Below are positions 11,332 to 21,926 of a stretch of 64,000 nucleotides of DNA, piece by piece. The notes beneath the pieces are model-generated. The model did no database searches. It saw only the letters and a list, made by a program, of their open reading frames with translations, and had not been told where the DNA came from. Where the stretch lies: NCBI RefSeq assembly GCF_003334405.1, contig NZ_QOWM01000003.1; one strand, given 5' to 3'. Position 1 is the first letter of the stretch, and each line of letters begins with the position of its first letter. The position numbers and the translations under genes were made by a program. This DNA comes from Escherichia coli (GTDB taxonomy: Bacteria; Pseudomonadota; Gammaproteobacteria; Enterobacterales; Enterobacteriaceae).

Positions 11332-12147
11332 TTAGCGAAGTGTTTTTGGGGTCATTACCCGACGAGCGCCAACATAGTGGCGCTGCCAGTAGTCTTCACT
11401 GAGAGAAGTGATTTGAATTTCCTGACCTGTGCGCGGTGACTGAATAAATTTGCCGTTGCCGACATACACGCCGACATGATCGGCTGTGCCGCGTCCCTGA
11501 GTACGGAAAAAGACCAGGTCGCCGTTTTTCAGTTCACTACGTTCGATTGGCGCTGCATCACGCAGGTGATACATTTCATTCGCCGTACGCGGAATACGAA
11601 TTTTCACCAAATCTTTATAAGCGTAATAAACCAGGCCGCTGCAATCAAAACCGGTACGCGGTGAGCTGCCACCCCAACGATATGGCTTACCAATTTGCTG
11701 CATCAGTTTATTCATTGCCACTTTCGTAGCTTTTTGCACCTTCGCTTTGTGCGCGTCGGCAAGAGTTCCTGACGCGGCATTTTTGACTTTCACACAATGC
11801 GATTTATAGCCCTTACGTTTGGTACACTTTTCGGTAAAGCTGGCTGAGGCCGTTTTATTGACGGCGTGTTTGCTGCGAGTTTTGGCGTTTTTAGAAGCGG
11901 TAATGGAAGATTTTTTAACGGAAGAAGCGGTTTTGCTTTTGGTCGTACTTTTACTGGCGGCTTTTTTCGCTGGTTTCTGGGTCTTTTTGGTGGTTGCCGT
12001 GCTTTTCTTTTTATCTGCTTTTTTGGTGATATGAGTGGTAGCAGAACTCTCCCTGGCTTGCTTTGAAGCATGGGCCATAGGCGTTAAAGGCAGGGTGGTA
12101 AAAAGTAAAGCACAGAGCGTGATCGAAATACGGTTTATCCGCGCCAC
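11332..12147 (-). CDS. mepH: NlpC/P60 peptidoglycan DD-endopeptidase (MepH/YdhO), 271 aa, with a Lys/Thr/Ser-rich low-complexity region
   Basis: Signal peptide, then the K/T/S-rich segment (KKADKKKSTATTKKTQKPAKKAASKSTTKSK...), then a C-terminal NlpC/P60 domain with catalytic Cys (FDCSGLVYYAY). Confidence 0.92.
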   Translation of the reverse strand: MARINRISITLCALLFTTLPLTPMAHASKQARESSATTHITKKADKKKSTATTKKTQKPAKKAASKSTTKSKTASSVKKSSITASKNAKTRSKHAVNKTASASFTEKCTKRKGYKSHCVKVKNAASGTLADAHKAKVQKATKVAMNKLMQQIGKPYRWGGSSPRTGFDCSGLVYYAYKDLVKIRIPRTANEMYHLRDAAPIERSELKNGDLVFFRTQGRGTADHVGVYVGNGKFIQSPRTGQEIQITSLSEDYWQRHYVGARRVMTPKTLR

Positions 12148-12480
12148 TGAGCGTCCCTCTGTTAAGGCAGGTCTATCATGCCTGCGTCTGATTTACAAAA
12201 CTTGATGATTCTAATGCATAGAAGAAGAGAAAGTTAATAGCTTTTATTGTTAAAAAATACGTTTCGTTGGCGAGCGCAAAAAAATGCAGCAGTGAAAGCT
12301 AAAAATGGTTATAAATACGCCAGTTTGCCGGCATCAGAGAAGAAACGAATATTTGAAATGCAACAAATAGAGCAAAGGGATAAAATAGCAAAAGCGTGAT
12401 GAAAATGTTATTTTCCGATGCCGCACTGACCCGCTACAATGTCAGATTACTGCCGTAAAGAAGTTTGAGGAAGCAAGACA

Positions 12481-12828
12481 ATGAGCACCACTATCGAAAA
12501 AATCCAACGCCAGATTGCTGAAAACCCGATCCTGCTGTACATGAAAGGTTCACCGAAACTGCCGAGCTGCGGTTTCTCTGCCCAGGCAGTCCAGGCGCTT
12601 GCCGCATGTGGCGAACGTTTTGCCTATGTTGATATTCTGCAGAATCCGGACATTCGTGCGGAACTGCCGAAATATGCTAACTGGCCGACCTTCCCGCAAC
12701 TGTGGGTTGACGGCGAGCTGGTCGGCGGTTGTGATATCGTGATCGAAATGTATCAGCGTGGCGAACTGCAGCAGCTGATCAAAGAAACTGCCGCTAAATA
12801 CAAGTCTGAAGAGCCGGACGCGGAATAA
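12481..12828 (+). CDS. grxD: Monothiol glutaredoxin Grx4, 115 aa
   Basis: CGFS active-site motif (KLPSCGFSAQAV) in a full-length ORF. Confidence 0.97.
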   Translation: MSTTIEKIQRQIAENPILLYMKGSPKLPSCGFSAQAVQALAACGERFAYVDILQNPDIRAELPKYANWPTFPQLWVDGELVGGCDIVIEMYQRGELQQLIKETAAKYKSEEPDAE

Positions 12829-12878
12829 TCCGTCCTGCAATACTGACGGATGCGAACGGGCATCCGTCAGTCCTTTCT

Positions 12879-15800
12879 CTATCCCCAATCCAGCCCTTGT
12901 GGCGAACTTGAAAATCCCGCCTCACGCAGCAGCGTAAACATCGGCGTTTGCCGGACCGGTAGATCATTCACTTCTGTTAGCGTAAAGCGCAGCCGTGGTT
13001 CGCGACGCAGTGCGGTAGTCAGCGCGTGGAAAACCTCTGGGGCGAGTAATTCCTCTTTTTCCTGCCAGACCAGCATTTTTTTGCCACCTTGCGCCAGATA
13101 GAGTAACAATTTGCCGCCAGAAACGACCACCAGCGCACCCGCCCGACGCGTTGGAACCAGCGTTGCCGGATGTGCAGGCCAGGGCAGAAGATTTCCCCAC
13201 ACATTAGCCGGATCGTTGGCAGAGAGCGCCACTGGTGTATAGTGGCGCGTTTGCGTGGCTTGTGTCGCCAGATCGCGCAATCGGTCAATAGTCAGACGTT
13301 CAGCGAATTGCGCGCCACCCAGACCTTCTACAAAACGACCTCGCATAATTCGCCCGGAGTCTTCCATACTTCGACAAAGCGTTTGCATCGATGGAAACCC
13401 GCCAGGGATATTTTCGGCTATCACCGCCTGACGACTGATGATGCCGTAGCGGTCGAGCATATTTTCCGCCAGCGCCAGCATCCTTTCGGTATCGTTTAGT
13501 GGCTCCACCTGCAATAACGACCAGCGTCCAGCCAGATTTGGTGTGTTGTAAGATACCCGCGGCGAGACGGGTTGCGCATAGACAGGACGTCCACGACGAG
13601 CCCGGTGACTGCGGCGAGTTGAGGTGCGTGCGTTGGAACTGCTGCGGGTGAGGGCGCGTAACGGTGCCCAAATGTCGCTGGTGATGACGCCTTGCCAGAC
13701 CAGCGCCCATAACGCCTCTTGCAGGGCAGAGAGATCAACCGATTCGCCGATTTTGTCGCGTATCCGTTGGCTGATTTGTTGTGCAAACCAGGCTCCTCCG
13801 TCAGCCAGAACAGCGACTATCGCTTGTTGCAGCGCCGAACGATTCGCCTGATCCGCTTCGGCGGGAGTGAACGATTCTGCAGCATATTCCTGTAGATGCA
13901 GTGCCACCAGGCCGTCATCTTCACCCAGTTTTTTTTGCCCCGACCAGATAACCGCACCGGTTGCCAGTAATTCATCGAGCATTTCTGACGAATAGTCGCG
14001 TACGCGGGCAGGCAGGATCTGGCTTTCCCAGAGTGAGGCGGGTAAACCGACTCCGGCAAGCTGTTCGATCACCCGCATCACGCCATCTACGCCCTCATAA
14101 ACGCCTGGCGATGTTGAGGCAAAGAGCGCCGGGCTACCATCGGTGGCGGGTAATACGCCCTGACGTTCCAGCAGCAATCGCGCATAGGTCGTGGCTGCAA
14201 CGGGACGCGTCGCTTCTCTGGCGGCTTGCAGCGAGCGCAAACGCAGACGACGAAATACTTCATCGCTCACCCAGATGTCTTGTTGCAGATTCATCACCAG
14301 ACCCTGTTCACGCAGTTGCTGAAGCTGCTCTTCGACAATGGCAATACCGAGACTAAACTCATGAGCCAGTTGTTCAGCCGTGACCAGAGCATGAGCCCGG
14401 AGATAGCGCAGAAAGAGGTCGCGAAGCGGGTAACTGACTCTATGTAAATAAATCTCTGGCAATGACTCTGGTAGTCGTACGCCGAGGGCATCACGCAGCC
14501 TGGCGGCATCATCCATACAGGCAAGACGCTCCTGTCCGCTAATCATCGCTGGGAAGATTCGTTTTACTGCAAGAAGATTTTCCAGATACGACGCAACCTC
14601 TTCACTGCTGCCTGTATGCCGTTGCGCCAGGTCTTCAACGGTCATTGGCCCCAGTTCGCGCAGCAGGTCGAACAATCCTTCTTCACCTTTCGCTCTTCTG
14701 CCAGGAGCCAGTCGTTGCAACTCTTCTTCCACCTGGCGAATGACCTGCGGGTCGAGTAATTCCCCCGGATCGACCTGTCCGAGTAGATTGCGCAGTAACT
14801 CGCTGTCCAGCGACAGTACGGATGCCCGGCGCTCTGCCAGCGGGGCGTCGCTCTGGTACATAAATTCCGCGACATAGCCGAACAATAAACTTGTGGCGAA
14901 AGGCGAGGGCGTAGTGGTCGTTACATCGGATATTTGAATTTCGCCACCGTTCAGGCGACGCATCAAACGTTCCAGTGCGGGAAGATCATAAACATCTTGC
15001 AGACATTCGCGTAGGGTTTCGAGAATGACCGGAAAATCCGGATATCCCTGAGCGATTTCCAGCAACTGACTGGCGCGCAGCCGTTGTTGCCAAAGCGGGG
15101 TGCGATGGCCCGGAGTGCGCCCCGGCATTAATAATGCCCGCGCGGCGCATTCGCGAAAACGGGCGGCGAAAAGTGCCGAGCTGCCTACCGCCTCGCGGAC
15201 AATTTGCAGCAACTTTTCTGGTTCAAACAAAAAAATCGCGGCATCGGGCAATTTACCATCGGTGTCAGGAATACGTGCAACAATGCCGTCATCACTGGCG
15301 ACCACCGACGCGTCAGCGCCCCATAGCGCATGTATTCGCCCGGCAATCGCCACCGCCCAGGGTTCATGCACCCGTCTTCCATAGGGAGAGTGCAAAATAA
15401 TACGCCAGTCACCAATTTCATCACGGCACCGTTCGAGGACCAGATGGCGACTCCCCGGAACGATGCCCGTCGCGTTGCGCTGCTCCTCAATCAACCCCTG
15501 AATATTGGCGATCGTATTTTCTTCTGCCAGCCACGGGGGAATAGTCCCGGAAAAGAACGCGCCATCCGCCAGCAAATGAAGAAAATCGCCGATCATCTCG
15601 CCTAATTCAGCCGGACGTCCGTTACCTTCACCACGCCAGAAGGGGAGCCGGGCAGAACGACCCGGAGCAGGAGTCACAATCACCTGATCGCGGGTGATTT
15701 GCTGGATCCGCCATGAGGTAGCGCCGAGAGTGATAATGTCGTTCACCCGCGACTCATATACCATCTCCTCATCCAGTTCACCCACCCGCCGCGAACCGGC

Positions 15801-17495
15801 CTTTTCTTCACCTTCGGGTAATAACACGCTATACATGCCACGATCCGGAATGGTGCCGCCGCTGGTAACCGCCAACAATTGAGCGCCAGGTCGGGCGGTC
15901 AATATCCCGGTCTCCCTGTTCCAGACCAGTTTGGGGCGAAAAGCAGAAAAATCGCCAGAGGGATAGCGCCCGGAAAGCATATCCAGCGTGGCGTCAAAAA
16001 CACGTCTTGGCAGATCTTTCCACGGTGCGGCACGGCGTACGCGGGAGTACCATTCGTCTACCTGTAATGCATCCATCGCCGCGGCGGCAACGGTTTGCTG
16101 CGCAAGGACGTCGAGAGGATTATGCGGTGGTGTCAGGTTTTCCAGCCTGCCTGCGAACATACACTCTACAATGACTGCGGAATCGACTAAATCACGCCGG
16201 GTACGGGGGAAAAACAGCCCTTTAGATACACCGCCAACCTGATGTCCGGCGCGACCAATGCGTTGTAACCCACTGGCAACAGAAAGCGGCGTTGCCACCT
16301 GAATCACCAGATCCACCGCGCCCATATCAATCCCCAGTTCAAGACTGGAGGTTGCGACCACGCAGCGTAATTCACCCGATTTCAGCGCCTGTTCGGTGAT
16401 TGCTCGTTGTTCTTTAGAGACGGAGCCGTGGTGTGAGCGGGCAATAAAAACGTCGCTACTTTGTACACGGTTAGAGGTTGCGCCGGAGGTCGACTCGAAA
16501 TGGGCCGCATCAACGGCGATAGACGGGGAACGCTGTAAGCGTGCGGCGTAAAGCTCATTTAATCGTGCCGTCAGTTTTTCCGCCAGCCCCCGCGAATTAG
16601 TAAAGACAATGGTCGAGCGATGGCGCAACACTTCATCAAGGATACCCGTTTCAATATATGGCCAGATGGAGCCTTCCCGGCCGGCATGGCTGTCTTCGCC
16701 GGTGCCGCTGGCGACCGATGAGACATCATCCATATTGGCGACCGGTACGACAATTCGTATCTGCGGATGGCGCATTGCGGGCGGGTTGACTACCGTAACC
16801 GGGCGATCGCCACCAAGAAATGCTGCCACATCGCTGGCTGAGCGCACAGTGGCAGAAAGGCCAATTCGCTGTGCTGAGGTGTGGAGCAGCGCATCGAGCC
16901 GCTCCAGACTTAACGCCAGATGCGCACCACGTTTACTGCCCGCTACCGCGTGGACTTCATCAATAATTACCGTTTCGACGCCGCGTAGCGTTTCGCGCGC
17001 GCGGGAGGTCAGCATCAGATAGAGTGATTCGGGTGTGGTGATCAGAATATCCGGCGGATTACGGGTGAGTTTGCTGCGTTCCTGTGCAGGCGTATCGCCA
17101 GTACGGATCCCTACGCGAAGATTGACTTCCGTTTCGCCGCGCCGCCGCCGTTCATCGGCAATACCCTTCAACGGGATCTGCAAGTTGCGCTGAACGTCGG
17201 TGCCCAGGGCTTTTATCGGTGAAATATAGAGGATGCGTGAGGTTTTACGCTTATGCGCCTCGCGGGTATCTTCGCCGCCTTCGCGGAAGAGCCGATCGAG
17301 GGCGTAGAGAAATGCTGCCAGCGTTTTCCCGGAGCCGGTCGGTGCAATCACCAGCGCATGTTCGCTTCGCGCCGCCACATGCCAGGTTTGCGGCTGGACA
17401 GCGGTCGGCTGTTTAAAGGCGCGAAGAAACCAGTCGCGGGTCGCCGGTGAAAACACGTCCGGCAGGAGCGATGAAGGGTCTGGATTATCTGCCAT
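12879..17495 (-). CDS. lhr: Large ATP-dependent helicase Lhr, 1538 aa
   Basis: Walker A (APTGSGKT) and DEVH (IIDEVHAV) motifs in the N-terminal superfamily-2 helicase core, with a long C-terminal extension; lies immediately downstream of rnt. Confidence 0.96.
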   Translation of the reverse strand: MADNPDPSSLLPDVFSPATRDWFLRAFKQPTAVQPQTWHVAARSEHALVIAPTGSGKTLAAFLYALDRLFREGGEDTREAHKRKTSRILYISPIKALGTDVQRNLQIPLKGIADERRRRGETEVNLRVGIRTGDTPAQERSKLTRNPPDILITTPESLYLMLTSRARETLRGVETVIIDEVHAVAGSKRGAHLALSLERLDALLHTSAQRIGLSATVRSASDVAAFLGGDRPVTVVNPPAMRHPQIRIVVPVANMDDVSSVASGTGEDSHAGREGSIWPYIETGILDEVLRHRSTIVFTNSRGLAEKLTARLNELYAARLQRSPSIAVDAAHFESTSGATSNRVQSSDVFIARSHHGSVSKEQRAITEQALKSGELRCVVATSSLELGIDMGAVDLVIQVATPLSVASGLQRIGRAGHQVGGVSKGLFFPRTRRDLVDSAVIVECMFAGRLENLTPPHNPLDVLAQQTVAAAAMDALQVDEWYSRVRRAAPWKDLPRRVFDATLDMLSGRYPSGDFSAFRPKLVWNRETGILTARPGAQLLAVTSGGTIPDRGMYSVLLPEGEEKAGSRRVGELDEEMVYESRVNDIITLGATSWRIQQITRDQVIVTPAPGRSARLPFWRGEGNGRPAELGEMIGDFLHLLADGAFFSGTIPPWLAEENTIANIQGLIEEQRNATGIVPGSRHLVLERCRDEIGDWRIILHSPYGRRVHEPWAVAIAGRIHALWGADASVVASDDGIVARIPDTDGKLPDAAIFLFEPEKLLQIVREAVGSSALFAARFRECAARALLMPGRTPGHRTPLWQQRLRASQLLEIAQGYPDFPVILETLRECLQDVYDLPALERLMRRLNGGEIQISDVTTTTPSPFATSLLFGYVAEFMYQSDAPLAERRASVLSLDSELLRNLLGQVDPGELLDPQVIRQVEEELQRLAPGRRAKGEEGLFDLLRELGPMTVEDLAQRHTGSSEEVASYLENLLAVKRIFPAMISGQERLACMDDAARLRDALGVRLPESLPEIYLHRVSYPLRDLFLRYLRAHALVTAEQLAHEFSLGIAIVEEQLQQLREQGLVMNLQQDIWVSDEVFRRLRLRSLQAAREATRPVAATTYARLLLERQGVLPATDGSPALFASTSPGVYEGVDGVMRVIEQLAGVGLPASLWESQILPARVRDYSSEMLDELLATGAVIWSGQKKLGEDDGLVALHLQEYAAESFTPAEADQANRSALQQAIVAVLADGGAWFAQQISQRIRDKIGESVDLSALQEALWALVWQGVITSDIWAPLRALTRSSSNARTSTRRSHRARRGRPVYAQPVSPRVSYNTPNLAGRWSLLQVEPLNDTERMLALAENMLDRYGIISRQAVIAENIPGGFPSMQTLCRSMEDSGRIMRGRFVEGLGGAQFAERLTIDRLRDLATQATQTRHYTPVALSANDPANVWGNLLPWPAHPATLVPTRRAGALVVVSGGKLLLYLAQGGKKMLVWQEKEELLAPEVFHALTTALRREPRLRFTLTEVNDLPVRQTPMFTLLREAGFSSSPQGLDWG

Positions 17496-17587
17496 TAACG
17501 CTATTCCCCGTGAATATCATGCAGGATGCGTGGAATAGCCTCACTATAGATGCCTGAATCATTGCATGTCATCAGGCATCGACTCGA

Positions 17588-18235
17588 TTACACCTCTTCG
17601 GCGGCAGATAGCGGCCAGCCTCCCAGACGTTTCCAGCGGTTGACGATTTCACAAAACAGCACAGCAGTGCGTTCGGTGTCGTACAGCGCGGAGTGCGCCT
17701 GGGTGCTGTCGAAGTCCATGCCAGCGGTCTGGCAAGCCTTTGACAATACGGTTTGTCCGAGTGCCAGCCCGGCCAGTGCAGCAGTGTCAAAAGTGGCGAA
17801 AGGGTGGAACGGGTTACGTTTCAGTGAGGCGCGTTCTGCGGCGGCCATCATAAAGCTGTGATCAAAATTGGCATTGTGCGCCACCATAATGGCGCGGTTA
17901 CAGCCGCTCGCTTTAATACCTTTACGTACAACTTTAAAAATTTCGTGCAGCGCCTCGTATTCGCTGACCGCGCCGCGATCGGGATCGTTCGGGTCAATGC
18001 CGTTGAAGGCGAGGGCTTCTGGTTGCAAATTTGCGCCGACAAATGGTTCGACGTGGAAATGTAATGTGGTGTCCGGCATCAGCCAGCCTTGTTCATCCAT
18101 TTTCAGGGTGATGGCGGCAATCTCAAGCAGCGCATCGGTTTTGGCGTTAAATCCGGCTGTTTCAACATCGATCACAACAGGATAAAAACCACGAAAACGG
18201 TCGCACAGACCGGTAAGTTGAGCGTTATCGGACAT
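17588..18235 (-). CDS. rnt: Ribonuclease T (DEDDh exoribonuclease), 215 aa
   Basis: [30 protein letters not shown]... with DEDD exonuclease motifs. Confidence 0.97.
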   Translation of the reverse strand: MSDNAQLTGLCDRFRGFYPVVIDVETAGFNAKTDALLEIAAITLKMDEQGWLMPDTTLHFHVEPFVGANLQPEALAFNGIDPNDPDRGAVSEYEALHEIFKVVRKGIKASGCNRAIMVAHNANFDHSFMMAAAERASLKRNPFHPFATFDTAALAGLALGQTVLSKACQTAGMDFDSTQAHSALYDTERTAVLFCEIVNRWKRLGGWPLSAAEEV

Positions 18236-18337
18236 CTGATTCTCTTAATACGGATAAATTGCAGCGCGCATTATGACAAATATTACTTGTCGATGCAGTA
18301 AAGATGCGGGCGCGATGAGTTCACGCCCGGCAGGAGA

Positions 18338-18745
18338 TTAGTTGCCCAGACCGCGACCGGCGTCTTTCTCTTCGATTAACTCAATTTTGTAACCGTCCGG
18401 ATCTTCCACAAACGCGATAACCGTAGTACCGCCTTTTACCGGACCCGCTTCACGGGTCACGTTACCCCCGTTTTGACGGATTTTTTCGCACGCTTCAGCG
18501 GCGTTATCTACGCTAAGCGCGATGTGACCATAAGCAGTGCCGAGTTCGTATTTATCCACGCCCCAGTTGTAGGTCAGTTCAATCACCGCTTCTTCGGTTT
18601 CCGGGCCGTAGCCAACAAACGCCAGTGAGTATTTGTATTCCGGGTTTTCGCTGGTACGCAGCAGTTTCATGCCCAGCACTTTGGTATAAAAATCGATGGA
18701 GCGTTGCAAATCGCCAACGCGCAGCATGGTATGAAGAAGACGCAT
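18338..18745 (-). CDS. gloA: Glyoxalase I (lactoylglutathione lyase), 135 aa
   Basis: [30 protein letters not shown]... Confidence 0.97.
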
Positions 18746-18825
18746 CTTTTTATCCTCAAAATGGCTAACAGATTCAAAATGTTGTTTTAGTATAGCGGCG
18801 GCTTTACGCCGCTCGCAATGTTGGA

Positions 18826-19923
18826 TTACAACGTCGGGTAATCGGTATAGCCTTCCGCGCCGCCACCGTAGAAACTTTCGGCACGCTGTGGGTTAAGCTC
18901 AGCTTTGCGCTGCAAGCGGGCGACCAGATCCGGGTTCGCAATCCAGTCACGACCAAATGCCACCGCATCAATTAACCCTTTGCCGATCAGCGTTTCAGCT
19001 TTTTCTACTGTGTATGCACCTGCGCCGATAATCGGACCGTGGAAACGGGCGCGTACTTTTTCGCGGAACGCATCAGTATACGGTTCACCCCCCGCCCAAT
19101 CTGGTTCTGACATATGCAGATAAGCAATGCCGCGTTTACCCAGTTGTTCAATCAGATACAGTGCATCGGCTTCTTCATTCGGGCCGTTATCTGTGTTCTG
19201 GAAAGTACCGATTGGTGAAACGCGAATGCCAATGCGATCGGCACCCCATTCTTCAATCCCGGCATCGACCACTTCCAGTACCAAACGTGCGCGATTTTCC
19301 ACGCTGCCGCCGTACTGATCGGTACGATGGTTTGAAGAAGGAGAAAGGAACTGATGCAGCAAATAACCGTGAGCAGAGTGGAGCTCTACCAGATCAAAAC
19401 CGGCTTCACGCGCGTTAGCAATGGCCTGACGGAAATCATTGACGATACCTGGAATCTCTTCCAGTTCAAGCGCACGCGGCATGGATGTTTCAACACGGAT
19501 CGCCTGACCATTTTCATCGCGCAGAGAAGTACGTGTTCCCGCGCTAAGTGCTGAAGGCGCTACCGGTGCCTGACCGCCAGGTTGCAGGCTGGCGTGAGAA
19601 ATGCGTCCGGTGTGCCACAGCTGCATGGCCATATGACCATTTTCAGCATGAACGCCAGCGGTGATTTTTTTCCATGCGGCAATTTGCTCCGGACTATGGA
19701 TGCCAGGCGCACCTGCATATCCTTTTGCCTGGGCAGAAATTTGCGTGGCTTCACTAATAATCAAACCGGCACTGGCACGTTGGCGATAGTATTCCGCCAT
19801 CAACGGGGTAGGAATGTCACCCGGTTCAATACTGCGCAGACGCGTCAGCGGTGCCATAAAAATACGGTTTGCCGCCGTGATCGCGCCCACTTTCAGTGGG
19901 GAATACAGTTTTTCAGATGACAT
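18826..19923 (-). CDS. nemA: N-ethylmaleimide reductase (Old Yellow Enzyme family), 365 aa
   Basis: OYE-family flavoprotein ORF, downstream of nemR and upstream of gloA on the same strand. Confidence 0.95.
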
Positions 19924-19959
19924 AAAGGCTCCCGGTCGTCTGGTGATAAAAAATGCCTG

Positions 19960-20559
19960 CTAAACGGCAGGCGTCGCAATAATGTTTTTTACATGGGCCA
20001 GCGCGTTTTCCAGTGGCTCGAAACTGCGCGAAATTTTGGCCTGCAGATTCGCGCCAAGCCACAGTGCGTAAAGCACTTGTGCCTGTTGCAGCGGTTCGCC
20101 ACAAAAGGTTAAACAATGGTTCTCACGGCCATTTTCCAGCGCCTGAGAGAGCAGGGCGATCACGCCGCGAGCACCTTTATCCATCGCGCTGCGCATATCT
20201 TCTGACAGATCGCACACTTCGGCAGAGAGTTTTACTGTCAGGCAACCACTGATGGTTCCATGTTGGCAAAACTGGTTCAGTGTTTGCTGGTAATAAGCCA
20301 GTATGCGGTCGCGGTAGTTACCTTCGCCGGATTGCAGCAACTCAGTCAGTCGCTGGTGATATGCGGCGTAATGACGCTCAAGCATGGCAACGCCAAACGC
20401 TTCTTTAGAGCGAAAGTAGTGATAGAAGGACCCTTTCGGCACTTCAGCGGTTTTTAGTAATTCGCTTAGCCCCATCCCGGTGAATCCACGTTGCAGGCAA
20501 AGTTGCTCGCCCGTCGCCAGGAGATGTTCGCGAGTATCATGTTCGGTGTGTTTGTTCAT
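19960..20559 (-). CDS. nemR: TetR-family electrophile-sensing repressor NemR, 199 aa
   Basis: N-terminal TetR helix-turn-helix (REHLLATGEQLCLQRGFTGMGLSELLKTAEVPKGSFYHYF) with conserved Cys residues. Confidence 0.95.
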   Translation of the reverse strand: MNKHTEHDTREHLLATGEQLCLQRGFTGMGLSELLKTAEVPKGSFYHYFRSKEAFGVAMLERHYAAYHQRLTELLQSGEGNYRDRILAYYQQTLNQFCQHGTISGCLTVKLSAEVCDLSEDMRSAMDKGARGVIALLSQALENGRENHCLTFCGEPLQQAQVLYALWLGANLQAKISRSFEPLENALAHVKNIIATPAV

Positions 20560-20572
20560 GCGTTGGAGTGTA

Positions 20573-20588
20573 GTAGACCAGTCGGTCT
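20573..20588. promoter_or_regulatory. Candidate NemR operator (inverted repeat) in the nemR leader
   Basis: TAGACC-AGTC-GGTCTA, 6-bp perfect inverted arms with a 4-bp spacer, 14 bp upstream of the nemR start codon. Assignment to NemR is by position and my recollection of the NemR box. Confidence 0.5.
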
Positions 20589-20661
20589 AGTGCAAGCAAA
20601 GTTGCTACTTTGGACATTAACAGCTTCAATAATGGTAATAATCTTATCTGAGGAGGGCGAA

Positions 20662-20901
20662 GTGGCGGAGCAATTAGAGTTCTTTCCCGTCCAGAGCCCG
20701 TGCCGGGGAATTTGCCAGTCTGACGAACGCGGGTTTTGTCGCGGCTGTTTTCGTAGTCGTGATGAGCGTTTTAACTGGAATAAAATGAGCGATGGCGAAA
20801 AACAAGAGGTGCTGCGCCTTTGTCGGCAGCGATTAATGCGCAAATTACGCGCAAATAAGCCAGCGTCATCAGACGAACCGGAGCAACCATCACTCTTTTG
20901 A
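20662..20901 (+). CDS. ydhL: DUF1289 Cys-rich small protein YdhL, 79 aa (GTG start)
   Basis: GTG at 20662 preceded by GAGGAGGG; translation (M)AEQLEFFPVQSPCRGICQSDERGFCRGCFRSRDERFNWNKMSDGEKQ... has four Cys in a CxxxC...CxxC arrangement. The ORF-track ATG at 20491 would overlap the nemR start. Confidence 0.75.
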   Translation: MAEQLEFFPVQSPCRGICQSDERGFCRGCFRSRDERFNWNKMSDGEKQEVLRLCRQRLMRKLRANKPASSDEPEQPSLF

Positions 20902-20949
20902 ACCTAATCTTGCGTATACTCCTCTCATATCTGATAAGAGGAAGCGATT

Positions 20950-21846
20950 ATGGTTCAGCGTATTACTATTGCGCCGCAAGGCCCGGAGTTTTCCCGTTTT
21001 GTGATGGGCTACTGGCGATTGATGGACTGGAATATGTCCGCCCGCCAGCTGGTCAGTTTTATTGAAGAGCATCTGGATCTCGGCGTGACCACCGTGGACC
21101 ATGCTGATATTTATGGTGGCTATCAGTGCGAAGCGGCGTTTGGCGAGGCACTGAAACTGGCACCTCACCTGCGTGAACGGATGGAAATCGTCAGTAAATG
21201 CGGTATCGCGACGACCGCGCGTGAAGAAAACGTCATTGGTCATTACATCACTGACCGCGATCACATCATTAAGAGCGCCGAACAGTCGCTAATTAATCTC
21301 GCGACCGATCATCTGGATTTGCTGTTAATCCACCGACCAGACCCGTTAATGGATGCCGATGAAGTGGCGGACGCGTTCAAACATCTGCATCAGAGCGGCA
21401 AAGTGCGTCATTTTGGCGTATCGAACTTTACGCCTGCGCAATTTGCCCTGTTGCAATCACGTCTGCCGTTTACCCTTGCCACTAATCAGGTGGAAATATC
21501 CCCGGTGCATCAGCCGTTACTGCTGGATGGCACGCTCGACCAACTACAACAACTGCGTGTTCGTCCGATGGCGTGGTCCTGCCTTGGTGGTGGTCGTCTG
21601 TTTAATGATGATTATTTCCAGCCGCTGCGTGATGAACTGGCTGTGGTGGCAGAGGAGTTAAACGCGGGCTCGATTGAACAGGTGGTTTACGCCTGGGTAT
21701 TACGTTTACCATCGCAGCCGCTGCCAATTATCGGTTCAGGTAAAATTGAGCGCGTACGGGCAGCTGTCGAAGCAGAAACACTGAAAATGACCCGTCAACA
21801 ATGGTTTCGTATCCGTAAAGCGGCACTGGGGTACGACGTACCGTAA
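20950..21846 (+). CDS. ydhF: Aldo-keto reductase family oxidoreductase YdhF, 298 aa
   Basis: Full-length aldo-keto-reductase-like ORF. Confidence 0.9.
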   Translation: MVQRITIAPQGPEFSRFVMGYWRLMDWNMSARQLVSFIEEHLDLGVTTVDHADIYGGYQCEAAFGEALKLAPHLRERMEIVSKCGIATTAREENVIGHYITDRDHIIKSAEQSLINLATDHLDLLLIHRPDPLMDADEVADAFKHLHQSGKVRHFGVSNFTPAQFALLQSRLPFTLATNQVEISPVHQPLLLDGTLDQLQQLRVRPMAWSCLGGGRLFNDDYFQPLRDELAVVAEELNAGSIEQVVYAWVLRLPSQPLPIIGSGKIERVRAAVEAETLKMTRQQWFRIRKAALGYDVP

Positions 21847-21926
21847 GCACTTTTAGGAATAGCCGCCGTTCAAAAATGTGTCACTGGTTTACACTTATTC
21901 AGGAATGCACAATGAACGGAGGTCCT

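Noticed and set aside
12843-12870. Hairpin CTGACGGATGC-GAACGG-GCATCCGTCAG between grxD and lhr as a terminator
   Set aside because: A perfect stem, but it has no flanking T-run on either strand, so I did not list it as a terminator; it may be an mRNA 3' stabiliser.
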